Source of the DNA: a virus
Lineage: Duplodnaviria; Caudoviricetes
Strand: one strand, 5' to 3'
Virus record (IMG/VR): IMGVR_UViG_3300037847_000548
Location: 1 to 24,592 of that record
Length of the DNA: 24,592 bases
In this document: positions 16,224 through 24,592 of the stretch, one piece after another
How positions within the stretch are numbered: the stretch's first letter is position 1
How the letters are laid out: each line of letters opens with the position of its first letter
Program-made: the position numbers and the translations under genes
Notes under the pieces: model-generated
Seen by the model: the letters and a program-made list of their open reading frames with translations, nothing else
Databases searched by the model: none
What the model was told of the DNA's origin: nothing

Positions 16224-19200
16224 CAGGTACGTCTTTTGCGTTTTCTAATGCCCACTGCATGACACTTATAGCATTACCATCCACACCTTTTATTATTCTA
16301 TCAGCGTCTACTCTTATGTTTTTACCTTCGTAAAACTCTTCACCTTCTCTTATAGGAAATAATCTTCTATATTTAGAAGTGACTGCATTCTTTTTATAAC
16401 TAGGTAACTTATTGTAATCAGCTATATCAACAGTTGTAACTATAGTTTTAGCATTTAATTCAGGTTCAAACTTCTTAGCGACCTCTACCTCTTCAGCTTG
16501 TATTTTCTCTCTAGCAGTTACTCTAGCTTCAGTTATAATTGATTTTACTAAAGCTCTAAATTTAGGAACTCTTTCGGCTCTATTTAAATCTGCATATAAA
16601 GGATTTTTCATAGCAGCAGTTACCCTATCTACTAAATTTAATTTCCCATTAGGCTCACTTAATTCTCTTCTTAATCTTAAATCTATGGTTTCGTTAGGGT
16701 CTTTACTGTATAAATCAAACCAACCTAACTGTAACTCTGACATTTCTTTTTGAACAGCGTTCTTTGCAGGACCTTTGTTAAACCCAAATATTTGTTTTTC
16801 TAGTGGGTTTATAGAGTATAAATCTCCTGTTCTAAAAGGACTTCTTAATGGTAAATCATATTCAGGTCCTACATCAGGGAATGCTCTTGTACCTCTATTT
16901 AAAAATATAGATAGAAAATCTACTTCGCCTGTTCTTGTCTCAGGTATTGCTCTTGAAAATTTATCAAACTGAGAATAAAAGTCTTTAACTATAGCAACAG
17001 GAAGAGTGAATGTGTTTAGTATGTTAGCACCAAATTCTCCTAATATTTTTTCAGTTATCTCTCCTTTTGATGCACCACTTGTGAGGTCAATCATTAGTTT
17101 GTCAATAGCGTAAACACCATACCCTGTTCTGAAACTAGAACCCAACATAGATTGTATAGTGTCTCTTCTATATTTTGTAGCAGATGCAGATATAGTGCCT
17201 ACATCTGTTGGGTCTGCATTGAAATATCTATGAAGTATATCTGCTGCCAACATATATGGAGCAAAAGGACCATATGTAGCACGACCATCAATTATCTTGC
17301 CTGTGTTATCTTTAAATTCAAACCATTCTGTATCCTGTCCATTCAAGTCTCTCCAACCATATGCTATAGCTAACATGGATAAACCCATAGTTTGTTTTGC
17401 CATTCTGTTATACACATCATATTCTTTTGCACCTTTTCTTGACGCAGGTAGTAAGCCTAGTATGGGTGCGTGTTCATAAACGAACTTAAATTGATTAGCT
17501 ATATATCTTGGGAAAGGCATTACAGAAGATACAAAGAAAGGCATTTCTCTGTGTGCCTTTATAGTTCCTGCAGCGAGTTTCTCAAACATACCTGTATCTT
17601 TTCCATACATATCAAAAGATTTTTGATAAACAAATTCAAGAGAATCATTTATAGCACCTTTTAACGTGGCATCATCTATTTGAGAAAACTTACCTGACTT
17701 TATTATATCATAAAATTCTTTTGTTCCTAGTCTTCTTTTTAAAGAAGCAGAAAACATAGCTTGTTTCATTACATTATCACTAAATGTGTTTAATATATTA
17801 GCTTTTGTTCCTATCCAAGCTAGTGATTTATTTACTTTACTAGAACCAACCAAATTATACTCTAAATCAGCGGCTTCCCTAAAAAGTTTAGTTGCTAAAT
17901 CAGGAGTATTATTTTGAAATATGTTTCTTACAACCCTAGCCTCATAGGGGTCAAGTAGTCCTTTGTATACATCAAGAACACCACCAAACAATCCTTCTTT
18001 AGACAACTCCCTTTTGCCTAGTAATACTTTAAAAATATTTTCTGCCTGTCTTGTACCTGCATCTATAAAAGTTCTAAATCCTGCATTCTCAAAGTTACGC
18101 ATAGTTGTAGCTATTTGAGATGTCATTAAACCAAGTCTTGTTCTATCTAAAGTTCTAAAAAATCCGTCTTGAGCTTTGCCACTAGCAATTTGTTTAGCTT
18201 CAGTAGGATTTATAGTTGTCATTCCTCTTGCCTCTAACTCTCCTATATCTTTTATTAATTTGTCTGTTACTTTTTCACCATCGGAAAGTGGTCTTCTTTG
18301 ACCCAACCTTTTCATTTGATTAGTTAAGTTACCTGAAAAACCTAGAGTTCTACCTGCTTCTGACAATTCTGCCTTGTATATCAAAGAAAATGTATCTAGG
18401 GTTAAATTATATTTAGATAGTATGCCTTGTATCTCAGGTAAATCTAAGCCACCTTTTTCTTTACCTTTACTTATAGCTTGTTGTATGCCTGATGTAATTC
18501 TTTGATTTCTACCTAGCTTGAACTTACCTGCTTCTGCTAACGCTAAAGTTGCAGCAGTTATATTTTCAAATAACTCTGTAGGCAGACCAACTGTAAGACC
18601 ATCTACTCCTTTAGCCTTTGCTATGTCTTCTTTTAATTTTTTACCTAAGTTAACTTTATCAGGGTCAAGAGCAGTTAAATCTTTTAATCTTCTTCTCACA
18701 ACACCCATGTTAACTTTATTTTGTCTTCTTTGTTTTTTTGTTCCACTTGTTGTGGCTTGTTTTATAGTTTCTTTTGCGTTGTCATTTGCTTGTTTAGCTA
18801 TCGCTTTCTCGGAGCTTTCTGATATTCTAGCTAACTTTGCAGCGTCTTTAGCTAATTTAGTTTGCTGTTTCCCTACTATAGCACCTGATATAACACCACC
18901 AAAAGCAGAAGCACCACCTGTCAATGCAACTTGTCCTACATCTATTTCTTTTTGTTGTCCTGTTTCTACACGTGTTTCCTCCTGTGCTAAACCTTGACCT
19001 GTTCCTATAGTGCCTTCTATAGCACCAGTAATTGTGGCTCTTTTAGCTATTTCTTTTTTTATATTTTTGTTGATTTGATTACGGAGAGTTTTTTTGGCTA
19101 CTTCTTTAGATAAGCCTTTTTGAAGTAATTTTTTTAATGCAACCTTAGATACTTGAGTTGCTGCACCTGAAGCTAGTTTACCTGCACCTCCTGTAAATAT

Positions 19201-19575
19201 ACCCAAGTAAGTTGATGGAGCAGTTAAAATTCCACCTGCAAAATCTTTCACAGTTTCAAGACTAAAGTCTGTATCCATAGTGTCATATAACTCTATTAGA
19301 TTTGCAAACTCTTTTTTGTCTTGCTTGTTAGCATTTTGTGCATATTCTAAATCACGAACAGCACTAACTTCGTTTACGTTTTGATAACGAAAATGCTCTA
19401 AAAATTGCTCGTAGACTTCATTATTATCTTTTAGTCTTTCTTGGCTATACCCACCTCTTTTTACAAGAAAGTTACGAGCTTCACTCAAGAAATCTTCATT
19501 ATCAATTAAGTTTTCTTTATTTTTATTTTCTTTGTCTAGAAAATTATAACTAGATTTATCTTTAGCCTCTAACAT
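16216..19575 (-). CDS. large internal virion / ejection protein (1119 aa)
   Basis: Large helical protein at the end of the virion operon, with Gly/Ala-rich hydrophobic segments (APSTYLGIFTGGAGKLA; ALTGGASAFGGVISGAIVG). Function inferred from position. Confidence 0.6.
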   Translation of the reverse strand: MLEAKDKSSYNFLDKENKNKENLIDNEDFLSEARNFLVKRGGYSQERLKDNNEVYEQFLEHFRYQNVNEVSAVRDLEYAQNANKQDKKEFANLIELYDTMDTDFSLETVKDFAGGILTAPSTYLGIFTGGAGKLASGAATQVSKVALKKLLQKGLSKEVAKKTLRNQINKNIKKEIAKRATITGAIEGTIGTGQGLAQEETRVETGQQKEIDVGQVALTGGASAFGGVISGAIVGKQQTKLAKDAAKLARISESSEKAIAKQANDNAKETIKQATTSGTKKQRRQNKVNMGVVRRRLKDLTALDPDKVNLGKKLKEDIAKAKGVDGLTVGLPTELFENITAATLALAEAGKFKLGRNQRITSGIQQAISKGKEKGGLDLPEIQGILSKYNLTLDTFSLIYKAELSEAGRTLGFSGNLTNQMKRLGQRRPLSDGEKVTDKLIKDIGELEARGMTTINPTEAKQIASGKAQDGFFRTLDRTRLGLMTSQIATTMRNFENAGFRTFIDAGTRQAENIFKVLLGKRELSKEGLFGGVLDVYKGLLDPYEARVVRNIFQNNTPDLATKLFREAADLEYNLVGSSKVNKSLAWIGTKANILNTFSDNVMKQAMFSASLKRRLGTKEFYDIIKSGKFSQIDDATLKGAINDSLEFVYQKSFDMYGKDTGMFEKLAAGTIKAHREMPFFVSSVMPFPRYIANQFKFVYEHAPILGLLPASRKGAKEYDVYNRMAKQTMGLSMLAIAYGWRDLNGQDTEWFEFKDNTGKIIDGRATYGPFAPYMLAADILHRYFNADPTDVGTISASATKYRRDTIQSMLGSSFRTGYGVYAIDKLMIDLTSGASKGEITEKILGEFGANILNTFTLPVAIVKDFYSQFDKFSRAIPETRTGEVDFLSIFLNRGTRAFPDVGPEYDLPLRSPFRTGDLYSINPLEKQIFGFNKGPAKNAVQKEMSELQLGWFDLYSKDPNETIDLRLRRELSEPNGKLNLVDRVTAAMKNPLYADLNRAERVPKFRALVKSIITEARVTAREKIQAEEVEVAKKFEPELNAKTIVTTVDIADYNKLPSYKKNAVTSKYRRLFPIREGEEFYEGKNIRVDADRIIKGVDGNAISVMQWALENAKDVPAI

Positions 19576-19583
19576 TTTTACCT

Positions 19584-20882
19584 CTAAATTTTATTTTTAG
19601 ATAAAAAGTCATTTACATATTTAGTAGCACCTGCTTGGTCATTAAAAAAATTGCTAGTTTTATCTCCTGTTAACACCTGCATAAGTTTTGCTCTTAAATT
19701 TTGTTTGTCTTTATTATATTTTATAGTATCAATTTTGTTACCCTGACCTCTAGGAGGATTGTTTTTTAATTCTAATAAAGTGCTTTCTATGGCTGTTACT
19801 GTTTTAGGCATAGTTAATGTAGTAGTTTTATTATTAATTTTTAAGTTACTTTTATTATTTGATGATTTTTTATTTATAACACCTGCTATTGGAGAGTATG
19901 TTGTGTCTGCTGAACCTAATTTATACTTGTTAATAACTGCTTGTACTGCTTCTCTTCTAGTATAGCCTTCCGTACTCATTTGTTTTTCTACCTCTAATAG
20001 AAGGTCTCCTGTGACTGCTGAAGCATTTTGCAATCTTTTTTGTATTTCTGAGTCATATGAGTATACTATATTATTAGCATCATCTCTGTCTATTTTAACT
20101 GTTCCACCTAAACTTTTTGCAACAGCATCCATAATTTGTTTTTGTGCTCTAGTTTCGGTTAGTCCACCTGCTATCTTAGGTCTTAAAAACCTTTGTCCTT
20201 TCTCTGTAATAGCACCACCACTTATTATTAAATCTTCAATATTGTCATCTTTTATGTCAGGTGCTATAGCTTGTATCTGTGCTTTTACTTCTTCACTAAC
20301 ATCTTCTTGTCCACCACCTGATATAAGATTAGATATAAAGCTAGTTCTCTTAGGTGCTAAAAATTTTGTATTTAAATCTTTACTTATATTATCTACAGGT
20401 CCTGCTAAAGCACCTGCTAAATCATTAATACTCAAACCTGTGTTTTGTTTTTTAAAGTCGTTTGTTACTGTGTATAGTGTGGAAACATCTTTTCCTTGCT
20501 TACCATACTTCATCATATCTGTATATAAATTATCTTTTATTATATTGGCAGATACATATGAATCTTTTGTATACTGATTTAAGTCTTTAATTTTTTGTTT
20601 AAAGTCTATTAATCTTTCTTTTCTTCTAGCTCTGTTTTCTGCTATAACCTTTCCAATACTAGTTGCACTAGATTTTATATAGTCTCTTCTGCTTTCGGCA
20701 TCTGCCTCTTCTAACTTGTCTTTAACTTGATTTATTCCTTGCAATACGTAAGGGTCTTTTTTAGCTAAATAGTACGAACTTACAGCTAATAAAGCTGCTT
20801 TTAAATATTTATTATTAAAACCTTTATAAGTAGATGTCTCTTGCTTAGTTTCATTTTCATTTGTTATATCTACTTTTGCCAT
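19584..20882 (-). CDS. putative internal virion protein (432 aa)
   Basis: ORF in the structural operon between ejection-like genes; no recognisable motif. Confidence 0.5.
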   Translation of the reverse strand: MAKVDITNENETKQETSTYKGFNNKYLKAALLAVSSYYLAKKDPYVLQGINQVKDKLEEADAESRRDYIKSSATSIGKVIAENRARRKERLIDFKQKIKDLNQYTKDSYVSANIIKDNLYTDMMKYGKQGKDVSTLYTVTNDFKKQNTGLSINDLAGALAGPVDNISKDLNTKFLAPKRTSFISNLISGGGQEDVSEEVKAQIQAIAPDIKDDNIEDLIISGGAITEKGQRFLRPKIAGGLTETRAQKQIMDAVAKSLGGTVKIDRDDANNIVYSYDSEIQKRLQNASAVTGDLLLEVEKQMSTEGYTRREAVQAVINKYKLGSADTTYSPIAGVINKKSSNNKSNLKINNKTTTLTMPKTVTAIESTLLELKNNPPRGQGNKIDTIKYNKDKQNLRAKLMQVLTGDKTSNFFNDQAGATKYVNDFLSKNKI

Positions 20883-21386
20883 TTATGTTCTCCTAGACAT
20901 TAAACCCATAGATGCTTCTTCAGGAACAGGTGTTTCCTCTTCTTCTACAACATCCTCTACAGGTAAATCATCTTCTACGTTTGCTTGTTCTGCTGCTGAA
21001 TGTATGTCTGTTTCCATAACTTGTGTATTATAATCTCTTTCCAAGCCTGTTACATAATCTATGCCTTGTTGGTCTGCTATTAACATTATTGTTTCCATAA
21101 TTATTGGCATGGTCATCATGCCTATGTCTATGCTATGAACACCTTCCATAATATTTACAGTATTCATAGAATTAGCAATCATGGTAATAGGCATTTTAGT
21201 TTCTAGTAGATTAGTTACTTGGTCGGCAAAAGAATCACTTTGCATTTGTGATATATAAAACTGTGCCACTTCATCAACAGTTTTATATTTAGCAGGTGTC
21301 TGCCAAGGTCTTGCACCTATCTCGTGTGTTAATCCCATGCCGGGAACAGGCAATTCAAATATTGGCTCTTGTCTATCCTGATACAT
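20883..21386 (-). CDS. hypothetical acidic virion-module protein (167 aa)
   Basis: ORF track; PVPGMGLT...RPWQTP N-terminus, acidic C-terminus. Confidence 0.65.
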   Translation of the reverse strand: MYQDRQEPIFELPVPGMGLTHEIGARPWQTPAKYKTVDEVAQFYISQMQSDSFADQVTNLLETKMPITMIANSMNTVNIMEGVHSIDIGMMTMPIIMETIMLIADQQGIDYVTGLERDYNTQVMETDIHSAAEQANVEDDLPVEDVVEEEETPVPEEASMGLMSRRT

Positions 21387-21618
21387 TTTCTTCTCTTTTT
21401 ATTGCTTCTCTAGCCTGTCTAATCGCTACAAAATAATCCATAGCTATTTCTAAAGGTTCTTGTTTCTCACCCTCTTTCTTAGTAAAATCTAAATTAGACA
21501 CCCTTTGTAACAAACCTTTTGTTGTTGTTTCTTTAGGAGCAGGTGTTGAATCTATCTTCATCATACTAGCCATTGTATCAAATTTTATGTAAACTGATTT
21601 TGCAGGATTCCTAATCAT
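21373..21618 (-). CDS. hypothetical protein (81 aa)
   Basis: ORF track; GAGGT SD on the - strand. Confidence 0.65.
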   Translation of the reverse strand: MIRNPAKSVYIKFDTMASMMKIDSTPAPKETTTKGLLQRVSNLDFTKKEGEKQEPLEIAMDYFVAIRQAREAIKREENVSG

Positions 21619-21629
21619 CTATACCTCTA

Positions 21630-23567
21630 CTATAAACCTATTATTGCAGCACCTAACGTGCCTATCATAGAACCTAGTGCAGTTTTACCTGCAGCAGACT
21701 TTGTAGCGTTTGCTGAGTATTTTTGTGCTTCTTTACTTACGTCTGCCACTGCCATTGCATTTATTCTGTCTAACTCACTCTCAGCACTCTTCCATGCCCA
21801 CTCCATAGTATCAGCATAAAATTGCCATAAGTTGTCATATTGTTGATTAGACACATCTAACACTGCTTTTGCATTTAGTTCATTAGCACGATTAATTGCT
21901 ACAGTATCTGCAGTTGCAATCTCTCTTCTCCACACTGCGTTGTTCTGTGCAATAGCAAGTTGATTAGTTGCATTAAATTGGTCTCTTTGATTAGACACCT
22001 CTGCATTAAAACGAGCTACTGTGTTTGCTTCACCTGCATTAAACTGTGCCTGTGCATTAGATTGTGTTGCATTAAACTGTGATATCTGATTTGCTAAGTT
22101 AGACATGAATTGGTCTACTTGATTTTGTGATGTTGCATTGAATTGCCTTGAAGCATTTTCAGCAGCTTGGTCTGTTAACAAAGACTGATTTATAGCCTGT
22201 GCATTAAACATCCCTGTTTGTTGCTCATTAGACAAGTTCGCCATGTCCATCTGTAAAAAGTTCTGTGCATTCTGTACTGCTGCTTGTTGCCTTGCATTTA
22301 AGTTTGCAGTGTCTAGTTGTGCAAGTGCAGAGGCTTCTGCCATGACCAATGCCTGTCTATTAGAGAGATTATTTAAGTTAACAGTGTTTGCTGCTCTACT
22401 ATTTTCTAAAGCTATTGATTGTTCTGCAGTAAAGTTTTTATTTGCTATGTCAGCTATACGTGCAGAGTTTTGTACCCTTGCCTGAAACGCTTGGTCAAAC
22501 TCTAATCCAATAAAGTTAGCTCTTTGCTGTGCTGCTAATATTGCTCTTTGTTGTCTGTTAGATAAGTTTTGTAGCTCAAAAGTTCTTACAGTGTTTGCAT
22601 CTGCTTGTGCAATAGGCAATGCTGATTCCATTGCTGCCTGTACAAGTGCCTGTCCTGCAATACTAGATGCACCTAAACCTCTTTGTTGCATGACTGCTTG
22701 AACACCTCTTATTGCTCCTGCTGCCCACGCAGGTGGGTTTGTTGCATCAAAGTTTGCAGTAAGACCTGCTAGTTGTCCTGCTACAGTTGCTTGGTCAGTG
22801 GGTGTGGATGTGGCTGCTTCAATTTGTTCTGTAAATGCTCTTGCTTTTTCTGCATCTGCAGTAGTGTCAATAAGTTCACCTGCTTGTATTTGTCTTTGTA
22901 TAGGGTTGTCTAATTGTATAGAGTTTCCCTGTGCAGCAGTTACGTTTGCCACACTAGACGCTGTTTGTTGTGCTGCCACAACTTTTGCTCTTGGGTCATT
23001 TAAATCTGTTTGAGCAGCCTGATTAGCTTGTATTGCGTCTTGCACTTGTGGACTAGCCTGTGCTGCTTCCATTTGTGTGGCAGTTGCAGTAACAGGAGCA
23101 TCAGCCTGTGCTGTAATAGCCTGTGCTGTTGGTGTCGTTGGAGTCGTTCCTAGTGCTCCTAAATCAGGTTGTATTATTTGCTCTTGCATTACAGGTGTCA
23201 GTTGTGGTTGTGTCACTGCACCCACAGGTATAGCACCTGTCTGTGATAATGTTCCTGTAACGTCTTGTAGTGATGGGTCTCCTGAATAGGCAGGTACTTG
23301 ACCTTCGCCCTCACCAAGAGTTGTTACATACGCTTGTCCTGCAGGTGTAAAAGAAGGAGTAGACTGTGTTGGAGCACCTCCTGTTTGCATCTTAACAACA
23401 CCACCACGAGCCATCTGTTTCGCAGCATCTTCGTAGACAATCATCTGTCTTTTTTTCTCAGGGTTTTGTTCTAGGTAGTTTTCAAAGTTGTCTAATGAAC
23501 CTTGATACCCAAGTTTGTTAGCTATCTTTTGCAAACCTGTAGGCTTGAATCCTGTAAACATTGCCAT
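21630..23567 (-). CDS. Gln/Asn/Ala-rich internal virion (DNA ejection / pilot-like) protein
   Basis: 645 aa; 11-residue FNA repeats; C-terminal Gly-rich hydrophobic helix ALGSMIGTLGAAIIGL. Confidence 0.65.
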   Translation of the reverse strand: MAMFTGFKPTGLQKIANKLGYQGSLDNFENYLEQNPEKKRQMIVYEDAAKQMARGGVVKMQTGGAPTQSTPSFTPAGQAYVTTLGEGEGQVPAYSGDPSLQDVTGTLSQTGAIPVGAVTQPQLTPVMQEQIIQPDLGALGTTPTTPTAQAITAQADAPVTATATQMEAAQASPQVQDAIQANQAAQTDLNDPRAKVVAAQQTASSVANVTAAQGNSIQLDNPIQRQIQAGELIDTTADAEKARAFTEQIEAATSTPTDQATVAGQLAGLTANFDATNPPAWAAGAIRGVQAVMQQRGLGASSIAGQALVQAAMESALPIAQADANTVRTFELQNLSNRQQRAILAAQQRANFIGLEFDQAFQARVQNSARIADIANKNFTAEQSIALENSRAANTVNLNNLSNRQALVMAEASALAQLDTANLNARQQAAVQNAQNFLQMDMANLSNEQQTGMFNAQAINQSLLTDQAAENASRQFNATSQNQVDQFMSNLANQISQFNATQSNAQAQFNAGEANTVARFNAEVSNQRDQFNATNQLAIAQNNAVWRREIATADTVAINRANELNAKAVLDVSNQQYDNLWQFYADTMEWAWKSAESELDRINAMAVADVSKEAQKYSANATKSAAGKTALGSMIGTLGAAIIGL

Positions 23568-23800
23568 TATTTAGTTCCCATCAATATCTTGTCTAACTTA
23601 TCTTCTAATCTTCTGATTGCATCCATCAACTCGTGCATATCATCCTTAACGTCATCCTTACGTGCATACTCTTCTCGTGTCTTGTTAAGGAGTATCTGTA
23701 TACGCTTGACCTCTTGAAACATTTTGTTAAATGCCCAACCGAATGGTACAACAACCATAGTCAGGATTATGTTCCAAAATAACATTGCGTCAATTTCCAT
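23567..23800 (-). CDS. small single-TM + coiled-coil protein (holin-like or lysis-associated; uncertain)
   Basis: MEIDAMLFWNIILTMVVVPFGWAF followed by an amphipathic helix. ATG 23800 lies 5 nt after the tail fibre stop; the track start is 23827. Confidence 0.6.
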   Translation of the reverse strand: MEIDAMLFWNIILTMVVVPFGWAFNKMFQEVKRIQILLNKTREEYARKDDVKDDMHELMDAIRRLEDKLDKILMGTK

Positions 23801-23805
23801 GCTGT

Positions 23806-24592
23806 CTATCCACAATACAATGCACAAGGCACAGTGTAACTTCCGTCACTATATGTTTCTTGTTTGATGTTTGTTAATACTTTGCCTATAGTTTTACTTC
23901 TTATAACATCATCATCTTGTACTTTAGCTGTACCATCTCCATTAGATGAAAGCAAATCACCTGCCTGTACTGCTACGTCTTTATTGATTCTTACTACACT
24001 TGTTCCTACTGCTGTGACATACATATCATTGACTGCATCGTCATCATTATCCCAAGCTGCATATACACCATAAACTTTTGTGCTATCTGCTGTATCTGAT
24101 ATTTTACACTTGGGGTGTTTTTTATCCTTTTCTTTTAATATTGTTGCATCATCATAGGTAACACCTTCGTGTGTAATTGAAATCTTATCACCTACAGACT
24201 TACCTTCTGGTAATGCTATGGATATTTTTTCCTTTACTTCTGGTGTATCTTCTGTTGCTTCTTCCATAGTAAATTCTGCTTGATACCAATCACACATTTC
24301 ATCAATAGTTTCAATTACTGTTCCTTTTAAAATTGTTGGCTTTGAATTATCAGATAATCTACTCCAGTGAGAACCACTAAAAGCATTGTATGAAACTGTA
24401 CCTCCAGATATAGATATAGTTCCCTCTGTATTATTAGCATTCATCAAGTCAACTAATGTACCATCATTAGATTGTCTGTTTATTCTTAATACTGTTGTGC
24501 TATCTTGAACAATATTATTACCATTAGCTATGCCAGTTCTAATTTGAAATCCTGCAACAGATGCACTTGTATTAGTTTTTCCAATCATAGTG
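23806..24592 (-). CDS. tail fibre / receptor-binding protein, C-terminal part (5'-truncated), with a putative intramolecular-chaperone-like domain
   Basis: Frame is open to the window edge. Beta-rich G/S/T/N segment, then FSGSHWSRL...VYGV...AGDLLSSNGDG.AKVQDDD...TIGKV...PCALYCG. Confidence 0.65.
   Translation of the reverse strand, partial: TMIGKTNTSASVAGFQIRTGIANGNNIVQDSTTVLRINRQSNDGTLVDLMNANNTEGTISISGGTVSYNAFSGSHWSRLSDNSKPTILKGTVIETIDEMCDWYQAEFTMEEATEDTPEVKEKISIALPEGKSVGDKISITHEGVTYDDATILKEKDKKHPKCKISDTADSTKVYGVYAAWDNDDDAVNDMYVTAVGTSVVRINKDVAVQAGDLLSSNGDGTAKVQDDDVIRSKTIGKVLTNIKQETYSDGSYTVPCALYCG

Noticed and set aside
539-16255. Short - strand ORFs opposite + strand genes (e.g. 7212-7517, 9200-9526, 11526-11891, 14444-14722)
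   Set aside because: They are antisense shadows of well-supported genes, with no motifs or convincing SD.
16775-24073. + strand ORFs inside the virion genes (e.g. 18518-18997, 20011-20577, 22243-22485)
   Set aside because: They are antisense shadows; the hydrophobic or Cys-rich look comes from the complement of Lys/Gln/Ala codons.
1-24592. tRNA, rRNA, CRISPR arrays, IS elements, introns or inteins
   Set aside because: Coding density is nearly complete, no cloverleaf or tandem repeats were seen, and polA, nrdJ and the helicase are uninterrupted and of normal size.

Overview
This is an AT-rich fragment of a marine podovirus genome, most likely an HMO-2011-type phage of marine Alphaproteobacteria. 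The main marker is a family A DNA polymerase carrying a DnaJ-type CxxCxGxG insertion, in the gene order integrase-primase-helicase-polymerase. The + strand (1-16223) holds an early/accessory block (HAD nucleotidase, C5-cytosine methyltransferase, SleB-like hydrolase, DenV-like glycosylase, small ORFs). It continues with replication and nucleotide genes (tyrosine recombinase, primase, SF4 helicase, EndoVII-type HNH nuclease, PolA, putative SSB, PD-(D/E)xK nuclease, endonuclease I, DUF3310, class II RNR, MazG). The - strand (16216-24592) holds the distal end of the virion module (tail fibre C-terminus, small membrane protein, probable ejection proteins). The most unusual observations are: (1) a circularly permuted C5-methyltransferase with SAM-binding motif I at the C-terminus and three TRD-like repeats; (2) no GATC and almost no CCAG/CTGG in a manual scan, except a cluster in the tail-fibre gene; (3) an SD-led membrane-peptide ORF overprinted on polA; (4) an RMF-like gene overlapping mazG; (5) an 11-residue-repeat Gln/Asn ejection protein. 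All calls come from reading motifs by eye; no database searches were run.
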